Assembly (NCBI GenBank): GCA_030765335.1
Contig: JAVCCU010000025.1
Location: 6,784-70,783 of the forward strand
Direction: 5' to 3'
From: Candidatus Kaelpia aquatica
Lineage (GTDB): Bacteria > Omnitrophota > Gorgyraeia > Kaelpiales > Kaelpiaceae
DNA: 64,000 nucleotides
Below, piece after piece: positions 28,887-38,090 of the stretch (positions are counted from its first letter, which is position 1; each line of letters starts with the position of its first letter). Under the pieces are notes generated by a model. It was not told the DNA's origin, did no database searches, and was given only the letters and a program-made list of their open reading frames with translations. Made by a program: the position numbers and the translations under genes.

Positions 28887-31221
28887 AGTTGCGGATGTTG
28901 GAAAAACGGTTTTGCCGGAATTACGCGGTACCCTAGAAGATATTGCGGAATGTTTTGGTCGAGCAATAACCACAGATGATGTTACTGTAATCGAAAGAGG
29001 TGGAGAACTAGGTAACTTGCCATTTTTAAGTGAATTAGATTTACCTAATTATCTTAGTGAAGGTGCTCTCGGTAATTTACCTATTGAGATAAGGGACTAT
29101 AGTCTCGGAGACCTTAGTTTAAGTTCTATAGCTGGCATTGAAAGCAATCATCAGAGTACATTAGCGTGTACGAGAAATGGTGAACCAGAGTGGGCAATTA
29201 GGCGTAGCGTTAAAGATGGAGAAGTAAGCTTTACTGTTATGTGGGAAGAAGAGGGTGAGTATACAGAGTTGGCAGTTGATGCAGACGGCACTATAAGAAG
29301 AGTAATGCATGTAAGAACTTCTGGAGATTATAGAGGAGTATATGTTTATGAAAGTGATGATCCTGAAGGTTATGGACAGATTTTAATATCTGATTGGGAT
29401 AATTCAATGGCTAACCCAGCTAACCATAATCTCCCTTATACAGAAGAGGTTCAGGATAGATTTGATAATTATTTGGATTATCTGCCTTCTGTTGAAGAAT
29501 TTTTCAGCGATACGGCGACTTACATAGCAGAGACACCAGAAGAAGATAGAGTTAATTCCGATTTAAATGTTAGGGCAATTCCATACATTGTTTGGAATGA
29601 AAATATGGTAGATGATACTCCTGCTGATGCATTTGTGCACTCAGGGGGCACAGTGGTGTTTGCTCAAGTCGACATTGATGTATCTAAAGCGGAAGCTTTT
29701 AAATCAATCATGGATGAATTTTACAGATCTCTTGAGATTCTTGCAGGAGAAGAAGGAGGAGCAGGAGGAAGCGCAGTCGACCCTACTGTAGATGCTCAGG
29801 TAGCTTCTGAGTGGATAGGAGAATTTGCACATGATGCATTAGGAGAGGCTTTTGAAATATATGGAGTTGCAGGTGCTATGATGGCAGCCGTTCTTGATAC
29901 CTGGGCAGTTGCTACGAGTAGCTTTAGATTTTGTTTTGATTTTACCAAAGCTTATGAAACGTATACACCTGTAGTAGTTGATCCTGTGACCCTAAACTAT
30001 TACTTTGATACACCAGAAATTGATGCAACTCAGCCGCTGGATTTCAGTGATCAAGATTTTGTTGCGGGTCTATTCGGAGGCCATCTAGAAGCTGGCAATA
30101 TTGATCAAAGTGAATATGATGCCATTTTAGCGCAATATGAGTATTTCCGTCTTCTATCTTTGGATTATAACGATTCAGCTTTTGGTGAAGCTTTTGGTAC
30201 TCCAGTAGCATTCGATCCAGTTAATTATGGTGAACAGGTTGAGGTATATGTTAGCGATTTTAGAGATAATGGTAATATAGGTGCGCTAGAAAATCTTGCA
30301 GAAAGAATGGGACTGTATAAGTATGCATTTCTTACTTGGCTTGAGAAACGATATCCCCAGTTCTTGGTTGATGACGGCACTGCTATAACTGCAGGTCAGA
30401 TTAGTTTTTCTCCAAAATGGGCTCAGTTTGATGTGGCCGATGCGCTTGGTCTAGTAGCTACTATCTATACTCTTAGAGTCGAGGCGCTTAGCATGCTAGG
30501 AGGTGTATTAAAAGGAGCAGGTTGGGTTGCTAATAAGGCATCTTGGGTAAAGGTGGCTCAAGCACTAAATACATATTCCGCTTCTCTTAATGGAGCAGCT
30601 CTTACATATGCTGGATTTAGTGAATACGCCGCTCTCCGGGGTATAAGCGAGCACAAGATTTTAACAGCATTAGGCTTTGCCCCAGGGACAGGAGCTGCTT
30701 ACGGGCTTATAAGCAGGGCTGTATATTTCTCATTAGTTGGGCCTGCAACACAAGCTCTCAATGGCGATCCTATGCCTGAAACATTTCAGAGTTATCTTTA
30801 TGGTATTGGCGATCAGTTTGCAACCGGTGTTATATATTCGGGTATGTTTGGCTATGTTATGCCTCTTATGCAAGGGGGAGCTGGAGGTTCTATATTGCTT
30901 GCAAACTTAAAAAACCAAGCGATGTTTTGGGTATCAGAGATATATTTAGAAGAATACTTGCTTCAAAAAGCAGCAGAAACCATACATGATAGATATGATC
31001 CTAGGGGTTGGGATACAGCTGTTTTGTGGGATAAAGAATTTTATGGCAATTTGGCTGAAATATTTAATCCTTTGGAGATAATGATGTTGATTGGGACAGA
31101 TATAAAATCAGGCACTCATGGTGGAAGAAATACTGTACTAGCTGTGGGAGGTCTGTATGCTTTAGGATTAATAGTTGAAGGTTTGGAGCGAGCAACAGGC
31201 GTAAAGCTTTTTGGAGGTTAA
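28738..31221 (+). CDS. large secreted hypothetical protein (827 aa; start revised), acidic N-half and Gly/Ala-rich hydrophobic C-terminal third
   Basis: AGGAGG RBS before ATG 28738; long ORF; same leader as the upstream gene. Confidence 0.75.
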   Translation: MNRKKKMFKARQQAYFLYLINKILIKDFISIVVACSMLFANTICLAGDEAVADVGKTVLPELRGTLEDIAECFGRAITTDDVTVIERGGELGNLPFLSELDLPNYLSEGALGNLPIEIRDYSLGDLSLSSIAGIESNHQSTLACTRNGEPEWAIRRSVKDGEVSFTVMWEEEGEYTELAVDADGTIRRVMHVRTSGDYRGVYVYESDDPEGYGQILISDWDNSMANPANHNLPYTEEVQDRFDNYLDYLPSVEEFFSDTATYIAETPEEDRVNSDLNVRAIPYIVWNENMVDDTPADAFVHSGGTVVFAQVDIDVSKAEAFKSIMDEFYRSLEILAGEEGGAGGSAVDPTVDAQVASEWIGEFAHDALGEAFEIYGVAGAMMAAVLDTWAVATSSFRFCFDFTKAYETYTPVVVDPVTLNYYFDTPEIDATQPLDFSDQDFVAGLFGGHLEAGNIDQSEYDAILAQYEYFRLLSLDYNDSAFGEAFGTPVAFDPVNYGEQVEVYVSDFRDNGNIGALENLAERMGLYKYAFLTWLEKRYPQFLVDDGTAITAGQISFSPKWAQFDVADALGLVATIYTLRVEALSMLGGVLKGAGWVANKASWVKVAQALNTYSASLNGAALTYAGFSEYAALRGISEHKILTALGFAPGTGAAYGLISRAVYFSLVGPATQALNGDPMPETFQSYLYGIGDQFATGVIYSGMFGYVMPLMQGGAGGSILLANLKNQAMFWVSEIYLEEYLLQKAAETIHDRYDPRGWDTAVLWDKEFYGNLAEIFNPLEIMMLIGTDIKSGTHGGRNTVLAVGGLYALGLIVEGLERATGVKLFGG

Positions 31222-31225
31222 TAGA

Positions 31226-33154
31226 ATGAAGATTAATATGAGATATAATACAATTTTAATAATCACTATAGGGATGTTTTATACTATGGTTGCCTTAGAG
31301 TGTTCCGGGGCGGAGAATAATTTTTTAGATACATCTTCACTTTTCCGCTCTTTTGGCTCTGTTGTTCAAGCCGAGATTATGCTTCCTTTTAGTTCAGACG
31401 GTTCTGTTGTTGCAGATAATACTGAAAACGATGTTCCAGCAGAAGATTTGCTTTTTGCTTCAAATATAATCGAAATGTTTATAGAGGGTTCATCATTAGC
31501 GGATCTTGGCCTGGATGCATCCCAAGTCGAGCTCCTACAGTTATATTTTCCTGCATCGTTTGCTCTTATGCCATTTGCGCAAGAAAGGCCATTGAGTTTT
31601 TTGAACCCCGTCGTTTTATATGATGGCTCAAGACGCATTATTATAACTGAATCTATAGAAAGAGAGCCGATGCGTATTGATGATGCATGGGAAATGGAAT
31701 CCGTTAACGCTATCTTTGTTAATGTCAGGGATGTAGATGTTGATAGCGGGGCAATCATATACAGTACGTATGCATTTAAAGCCGAAGATTTTGACTTTTA
31801 TTATGGCAACAGCGTAGATGCGATTTTATCTTCTTTGGAGGGGAGAGTACCATATGCAATGCAATCTTACATATATAACCAGGATGATGGTTTATTTGAT
31901 GTAGAGGCTGCTTATTTTTCAGAAGCAGGAATCGACATTATTCAACAGGGAAGAGTATCACTTCATGAAGATGGTTTTGTTTGGTCTGCTGCTGAAGGAT
32001 CTTTTAAATTTTATTTTGATGAATCAAACAGTACGCTTAATATAGAAAATTATTTGCTTGATGAAATGATTAGTTCTACAGCTATTCATTGTGACGAAGA
32101 TTCTGGAAGTATAATAATAAAAGAAGGTGATTATGAAATCATCATATCTGATGTTGAGTTTTCACAATCTTTATACGATGGATCTATTGTAGCATATGGA
32201 GATGATGATGGATCAATACAAGATGGTGTATTTACTTATTATGAGATTAAGCATTGGACAACTATCATGAAGAATGATGAGTTGGTTGAATCTTGGTATG
32301 ACATATCTCATACTGCAAACGATTCTTCTTATAGAATTAAGATTTATTCTCAGAGCGCTGATAGTTCCTCCCCAGAATTTTATGCTCTTCAATATCAGGA
32401 AATAGGAGACGATGCTGCTTCTATTCGTAAATATGCTATTGAGCAAGACGAAGAAGAAGGCTTGTTGTATCGTAAGGTTTTTCATGTTTGGGATAGTTCC
32501 TATGCTCCAGGCAGTAGTTCTAGAATGTATTATATTGAAGATACGCCTGAAGATTGGCAAAATGCAAGCTGGTTTTTGCAAAGCGTTATCGATGAGCATT
32601 GTCAGCTTATATGTCAATCCGATACTGTTGTTTCTGCGGGAAAGGATGGTGATATTGTTATAACAAATAATGCATTTTACAACAGCGTCACTATAACAAG
32701 TGATTATGACGAGAGTATTCCTGGAGGGTTTCTTCAGCTTATAGAGAGTTACAGAGAATATCTATCCTCTAACCATCTTTTGAGTCGACCTGAGGTTGAA
32801 GAGGTTATAAATATAACCACTACCAAGGTGTTGTATCAAGATATTCGTTTGCCATATACGAGTCAGTTTTTAGAAATGATAGATAAAAATACAGGCTCAA
32901 ATCATCTTAGTAGTTTAGAAAATAAATCCGAGATTAAGATAAATATTGTCAATGAGGTTGCACGAGCATATCTAGAAAGAGGTATAAGTTTCTTTGGTTC
33001 TGCTTGGTCTTTACCTTCAGGGTTTACTCAGTTTTCTTTCGAATTTAGAAGCCTTATTCATAATACAGTTGTTCCTGAGTTGCAGGGCATGGTCCCTTAT
33101 GAATGGGATTATGACGAGGGGATACTAATTTTGTATCCTGATAGTGATAGTTAA
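31226..33154 (+). CDS. secreted, highly acidic Tyr/Asp/Glu-rich hypothetical protein
   Basis: GGAGGT RBS before ATG 31226; hydrophobic N-terminal signal; long ORF. Confidence 0.7.
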   Translation: MKINMRYNTILIITIGMFYTMVALECSGAENNFLDTSSLFRSFGSVVQAEIMLPFSSDGSVVADNTENDVPAEDLLFASNIIEMFIEGSSLADLGLDASQVELLQLYFPASFALMPFAQERPLSFLNPVVLYDGSRRIIITESIEREPMRIDDAWEMESVNAIFVNVRDVDVDSGAIIYSTYAFKAEDFDFYYGNSVDAILSSLEGRVPYAMQSYIYNQDDGLFDVEAAYFSEAGIDIIQQGRVSLHEDGFVWSAAEGSFKFYFDESNSTLNIENYLLDEMISSTAIHCDEDSGSIIIKEGDYEIIISDVEFSQSLYDGSIVAYGDDDGSIQDGVFTYYEIKHWTTIMKNDELVESWYDISHTANDSSYRIKIYSQSADSSSPEFYALQYQEIGDDAASIRKYAIEQDEEEGLLYRKVFHVWDSSYAPGSSSRMYYIEDTPEDWQNASWFLQSVIDEHCQLICQSDTVVSAGKDGDIVITNNAFYNSVTITSDYDESIPGGFLQLIESYREYLSSNHLLSRPEVEEVINITTTKVLYQDIRLPYTSQFLEMIDKNTGSNHLSSLENKSEIKINIVNEVARAYLERGISFFGSAWSLPSGFTQFSFEFRSLIHNTVVPELQGMVPYEWDYDEGILILYPDSDS

Positions 33155-33320
33155 GTTAATGAGTAAAAAGGTTTTATTTGTGTATAGCCGTGCTCAGAAT
33201 TTTAGAAGAATCATTAGTCTCTTAGTGTACTTAGTGGTACAATAATTTCAAATTTAAAAGAAAAATTGAATCTGTATTGTTTATTGAATTTTGATATTTT
33301 TTTAGAACAATGATATTGTT

Positions 33321-34709
33321 ATGAAAATAAATGCATTATTTTTTGTTGCTATAGTTTGTTTTTTTATAAATTTAAAATTTGCTCATAGCTCCCAAAATAC
33401 TCAAGAATATAAAGTGCTTTTGGAAGAGTATGGTTTGAATTCATACCTCACGACAGATAATATAGATAGGTTGCAAGATTTTTCCAAATATGCAAAGTCT
33501 AAAGGAAAATTGCTAGACCTTTATCTGTTAAATTATTCTGAATTCCTAAAATTGTGTAAGAGCAATTTCTTTTTTACCATAGATGAAGAAGAGCCTAGTC
33601 AAGTATGCTTTTATGATAAAGAGATAGATGATATTGATAAACTCTACAATGCTTGTGGTGGATATATTGTTTCTCTCCCATTGGTAAATATAGTAGCACG
33701 GCATGTTTACCAAGATAGCAAAGGTAGTCTATCCCAAAATAACATTTTTGTAATATATCTTTTGCACGAAGGTGTCAATTTTTCTTTATTGCAACATTTA
33801 TTGGATAATATTATTGAAAAAGCAGGAGGGCCTTCTGCAGTTGTTTATATAGATGAGCTTGGGTTAATACCGGAAGACTCTGTCAATAGGTATAGCCAGG
33901 CTTACAAGATAAGCGAAAAAGAATCATTCGAAAAAATAAAAAATTCTCTTAAGAACGATATAAAATCAATAAGTATGGGCCATACTATTTATGATTCAAA
34001 CAAGCTTTATGCTCAGATATATAGCTATTTCGCAAAACATAAAATCGACTCTAATATGGAAGATCTTTCTTATGATAATTGGAAAAATATAGTTGCATTT
34101 GATAAGTTGAATTTATGGAGAAAAAGTGCGCGTTTGTTTTTAATGGGTGCGGTGAGAGCATGTATAGAATCTTCTCAAGAGTTTGTGTTTGGATTCATGT
34201 TGTACAATAATATAATGCGTGATGCTAATTTTTCAAATCAACTAAAAGCATTATTGTCTGATAAAAGTGGCACTACATTAATTACTATCCGTGGTCTTGG
34301 TCATTTTGGATTTGAAAAAAAATTGATAGAGGATGCAAATGTAAGTGTTTGTATTTTAGGCGACGAAGGAGACTCTTTCTTTACGCTAACAGCGCTCCGT
34401 GAAAGGTATATGATTTATCAAGTTAATGAAGTGATTTTAAGTAATGAAGAGGAAGATAGATTGCTATTAAATAGCGTACTTAGTTTTCTTATGTTTAATT
34501 ATTTGATAAAATATGGGATAGAAGACAATTACTATGATGCAATGAAAAGTACGATAGCATTATTAACGCCTCTATCTTTAGCACAGCTATATGCACTTCA
34601 AAGCAAACTATTTTATGAGTTGCAGGCAGGAAATTTCTCTAAAAATAATATCTATGAATTTATTTACAATTGGTGTAAAAATCAAACATTTATAAAAGAA
34701 GAGAACTAA
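33321..34709 (+). CDS. secreted hypothetical protein (very AT-rich gene)
   Basis: 462-aa ORF; signal peptide MKINALFFVAIVCFFINLKFAHS. Confidence 0.7.
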   Translation: MKINALFFVAIVCFFINLKFAHSSQNTQEYKVLLEEYGLNSYLTTDNIDRLQDFSKYAKSKGKLLDLYLLNYSEFLKLCKSNFFFTIDEEEPSQVCFYDKEIDDIDKLYNACGGYIVSLPLVNIVARHVYQDSKGSLSQNNIFVIYLLHEGVNFSLLQHLLDNIIEKAGGPSAVVYIDELGLIPEDSVNRYSQAYKISEKESFEKIKNSLKNDIKSISMGHTIYDSNKLYAQIYSYFAKHKIDSNMEDLSYDNWKNIVAFDKLNLWRKSARLFLMGAVRACIESSQEFVFGFMLYNNIMRDANFSNQLKALLSDKSGTTLITIRGLGHFGFEKKLIEDANVSVCILGDEGDSFFTLTALRERYMIYQVNEVILSNEEEDRLLLNSVLSFLMFNYLIKYGIEDNYYDAMKSTIALLTPLSLAQLYALQSKLFYELQAGNFSKNNIYEFIYNWCKNQTFIKEEN

Positions 34710-34958
34710 TCCTTTGGAATTATTTTTGCATCACTCACCAAGTTTTATTAAGCAGTTGTTGTAATTATACGAACATAGGCTGGGTTTCGTTAAAAAAACT
34801 AAATCAAGTGATTCTATTGTTTTTTTTGTTTACTTTTTTACCCCCATAACTTTAAAAAGTAGTGATAAAATTTGACAGCACTTATTTTGTATGGTACAAA
34901 TATATTAGGTAAGAAAGGTGGTAAAGCAGAAATCAAGTTTATATAAGGAGCGGGCAAA

Positions 34959-35306
34959 TTGAACTACGATGGAATGGAAAGAAGGCAGTGGACTCGGGTC
35001 GATATGAATGTTCCCCTTAAATTCAGAGAAGTAGGTGAATTCAGCCGTTCTCCGCTTGATTCAGAGACAAGAGATATAAGTGAAGGTGGCATAAGATTTG
35101 CGACTGATAAGTTTCTTCCAAAAGATAGTAAGCTCGTTATAAACATAGATTTCCATGATATTCCAGCTGTTAAAGCAACTGCTAAAGTTTCTTGGTCGGT
35201 AAGAGATTCTCATACCAGCATGTATGAGATAGGTGTTGAGTTTGATACTATTCCTTCAGAAGCAAGAGTTCAACTTTCCAATATCGTCAGAAAAAACTTA
35301 AATTAA
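34959..35306 (+). CDS. stand-alone PilZ domain protein (c-di-GMP receptor)
   Basis: RRQWTR (RxxxR) and DISEGG (DxSxxG), C-terminal GVEF; promoter TTGACA(34872)-17-TACAAA. Confidence 0.88.
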   Translation: MNYDGMERRQWTRVDMNVPLKFREVGEFSRSPLDSETRDISEGGIRFATDKFLPKDSKLVINIDFHDIPAVKATAKVSWSVRDSHTSMYEIGVEFDTIPSEARVQLSNIVRKNLN

Positions 35307-36334
35307 GATCTAGATCTATTCTTTCTCTCTAACTCTTTTTTCATCTCCAACTCTTTCAGTCTTTTTCTTCTATCCAAATCGTATTTGTCTATTTTCTTAT
35401 TCAAAGCCTGGCGAGATATTCCAAGCAGATTTGCAACCTTAGATTTATTCCACTTAAGTTCATATAGTATCTCAGTCAATATCTTCTGTTCATATATCTC
35501 AACTACGCCTTTAAGCGTCTTATCTTTTACTGCCACTAGTTTAAGGTTTACTCCTCCAGACCTTAACTTTTCAGACAGGTCGCTGGGCAGTATATGAGGC
35601 CCCTCTGATAGTATTACAGCTCTCTCTATCTCATGCTCTAATTCTCGTATATTGCCCGGCCAGTCATACTCTAGGAGATATTTTATTGCATCTGGCACCA
35701 TGTTTTTTATGGATTTCTTATCATTCTTATCGGCATATAGTCGCAGGAAATGCTCTGCTAAGACCGGGATGTCGTCTCTCTTGTCTCTTAGCGGTGGAAT
35801 TGGGATATCTATGACACAAAGCCTGTAAAAGAGGTCTCTTCTAAACCCGCCTCTCTCTACCTCTTTTTCCAGATTTCTATTTGTTGCTGCTACTATTCTT
35901 ACATCTACAGATATATCACTTGTTGCTCCGACTCTCTTTATAGTCCCTTCCTGTAAGACTCTTAAGAGCTTAGATTGCAGGCCTGGTGAAACCTCGCTTA
36001 CTTCATCTAAAAAGAAGGTTCCTTTATCGGCTGCTTCAAATAAACCTTTCTTCTCAGCTATTGCTCCGGTAAATGAGCCTCTGATATGACCGAATAGTTC
36101 TGATTCAAGTAATGTCTCAGTTAGGGCTGAGCAGTTAACAGCTATAAAAGGAGCATTTCTTCTTTTGGAGTGATAATGAAGCGCTTTAGCGATCAGCTCT
36201 TTACCTGTTCCTGTCTCACCTCTTATTAAAATCGTACTGTTTGTATTTACAACCTTTTCCATGATTCTGTAGACTTCTTTCATGTGACTGTTTGTACCTA
36301 TTATCTCTGGAAATGGATTCTGATATTCTTCCAT
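35303..36334 (-). CDS. sigma-54 enhancer-binding protein lacking N-terminal sensory domain
   Basis: GETGTGKE, ESELFGHIRGSFTGA, FFLDEV, RRDLFYRL, WPGNIREL, Fis-type HTH; AAA+ begins at about residue 10. Confidence 0.92.
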   Translation of the reverse strand: MEEYQNPFPEIIGTNSHMKEVYRIMEKVVNTNSTILIRGETGTGKELIAKALHYHSKRRNAPFIAVNCSALTETLLESELFGHIRGSFTGAIAEKKGLFEAADKGTFFLDEVSEVSPGLQSKLLRVLQEGTIKRVGATSDISVDVRIVAATNRNLEKEVERGGFRRDLFYRLCVIDIPIPPLRDKRDDIPVLAEHFLRLYADKNDKKSIKNMVPDAIKYLLEYDWPGNIRELEHEIERAVILSEGPHILPSDLSEKLRSGGVNLKLVAVKDKTLKGVVEIYEQKILTEILYELKWNKSKVANLLGISRQALNKKIDKYDLDRRKRLKELEMKKELERKNRSRS

Positions 36335-36336
36335 AC

Positions 36337-37683
36337 TTAACTCCTCCTTAACTTTGTAGGCAGTATTTTAAGTCTTTCTCTGTATTTAGCTACTGTCCTT
36401 CTTGCAATAGTGATTCCATCCTCTTTCAAAAGCTGCGTAATCTTATTGTCGCTAAGAGGTTTCTTGGAATCTTCCGCTACAACTATATCTTTTATCTTCT
36501 CCTTGATTAATTTACTTGAAATGCCTTTCACATTGCTTGAGAAGAAATCTCTTAATTCAAATATCCCAGAAGGTGTATCGATATATTTGCCATTTACAGT
36601 CCTTGAGATTGTGGATTCATCTAATCCAGTGCTCTCTGAAACCCTATTTAGAGTTAAGGGTTTGAGTCCGGCCTTTCCCTTTTTAAAGAACTCTTTCTGG
36701 TGATTTATAATAAAATCAGTAATTTTGATTATAGTTTTTCCTCTCTGCTCCATTGCCTGAATAAGCTCTTTCGTTGTTTTAAGCTTATCTTTAAGGTATC
36801 TCTTTGTCTCTTCAGGCGTTGAGGGATCCTTTAATATCTTAAGATACTGCTTATTTATCCTTATTTTTGGAATATCTCTCTTATTGGTTCTAATCTGATA
36901 TTTGCCGTCTGGTGCTATATCTAAAAATACTTCTGGTATTGCATAGTTGGGGAATGCGCTAGTATAATTTCTGCCTGGTTTTGGATCCAAGCTTTTCAGC
37001 ATCTTTAAGAACTCTTCCATCTTCTTATCGGTTATCTTTAGCTCTTTCTCTATCTTCTTGTAATTATGTGTGGCAAGCTCCTCCAGGAACCGCTCTATTA
37101 TCTGCTGGAATATTTTTTCTTTTAACCCTTTCCTTGCAAGCTGTATGGTTAGACATTCTTTTAGATCTCTGGCTCCGATTCCAGCAGGTTCAAAATCCTG
37201 AACTATTTTTAAAATTTGTTCACATTTTTTATTTGAAACTTTTAATTTCTCGGCTATCTCAAGCAGGGCTATTTCAAGATATCCGTTGGGGTTTAAATTT
37301 CCTATTATCTCTTCACCTATTAAAAGATTATTAACGCTTATCCTCTGCATATGGAGCTGTTTTAAGAGGTGTTCTTGGAGTGTCTCAGGTTTTGTGACTA
37401 GACTTTCAATGTGCGCTCTTTTTTTAGCGTCTTCCTGACCAAACTTTTCAGACCTCTTCTCCCAGATATTGTCTTCTTGAAATTCAAATTTCTCTTCATC
37501 GGGTATCTCGGGTACTTTCTCTTCTTCGATCTCAAGAAGCGGGTTCTCTTCGAACTCTTCTTCTAGTTTTTCTTTAAGCTCTGTGATTGGCACTTGAAGA
37601 AGGTTTAATAGCTGCCAGAATTGAGGCAACAGCTTAAGTTTTAGCGCCAAGTGCTGTTCAAGGCGGGGGATCATTCTTTCCAT
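36337..37683 (-). CDS. rpoN: RNA polymerase sigma-54 factor
   Basis: region I Leu/Gln-rich, EPAGIGARDLKECL, ESTISR HTH, RpoN box ARRTVAKYRE. Confidence 0.96.
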   Translation of the reverse strand: MERMIPRLEQHLALKLKLLPQFWQLLNLLQVPITELKEKLEEEFEENPLLEIEEEKVPEIPDEEKFEFQEDNIWEKRSEKFGQEDAKKRAHIESLVTKPETLQEHLLKQLHMQRISVNNLLIGEEIIGNLNPNGYLEIALLEIAEKLKVSNKKCEQILKIVQDFEPAGIGARDLKECLTIQLARKGLKEKIFQQIIERFLEELATHNYKKIEKELKITDKKMEEFLKMLKSLDPKPGRNYTSAFPNYAIPEVFLDIAPDGKYQIRTNKRDIPKIRINKQYLKILKDPSTPEETKRYLKDKLKTTKELIQAMEQRGKTIIKITDFIINHQKEFFKKGKAGLKPLTLNRVSESTGLDESTISRTVNGKYIDTPSGIFELRDFFSSNVKGISSKLIKEKIKDIVVAEDSKKPLSDNKITQLLKEDGITIARRTVAKYRERLKILPTKLRRS

Positions 37684-37728
37684 AATTTATTGGGTTTAAA
37701 ATACATTATCTTAAAAGTCTTTAAGTCC

Positions 37729-37905
37729 TTATTCAATAAACTCTTCATTGCTATTCTCTATTGCCTTAAGCGTCAGAGGGTTTTTTCTTGCCACTTCTGA
37801 TGAAGTATTACATTGGGAACAGGAGATTATCTCCCCGATTTCAGGTCTAAAATCAAGAATTATCTCTTCACCGCAAGCGGGACATATTGCAGTGAGCTCT
37901 TCCAT
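37729..37905 (-). CDS. LysW-like Zn-ribbon small acidic protein (58 aa; start revised)
   Basis: AAAGGAGG RBS; CPACG...GEIISCSQC...EV...P.TL pattern as in LysW; C-terminus EEFIE rather than EDWGE. Confidence 0.7.
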   Translation of the reverse strand: MEELTAICPACGEEIILDFRPEIGEIISCSQCNTSSEVARKNPLTLKAIENSNEEFIE

Positions 37906-38090
37906 TCTTATTCCTCCTTTTGCTTGACTGGTTCTTATATTCAACATCCTTTAGTCTAACATAAAAATTGAGGGCTTCAAATAGAAATTAGCAGAGATTT
38001 GTTTAAATTCAGGTAAAACAGTTAAAACTTTAAGAGCACTACCCTTGATTCTCTTTACAAAATCTTAAATTAGTCTATAATTAACTCATC

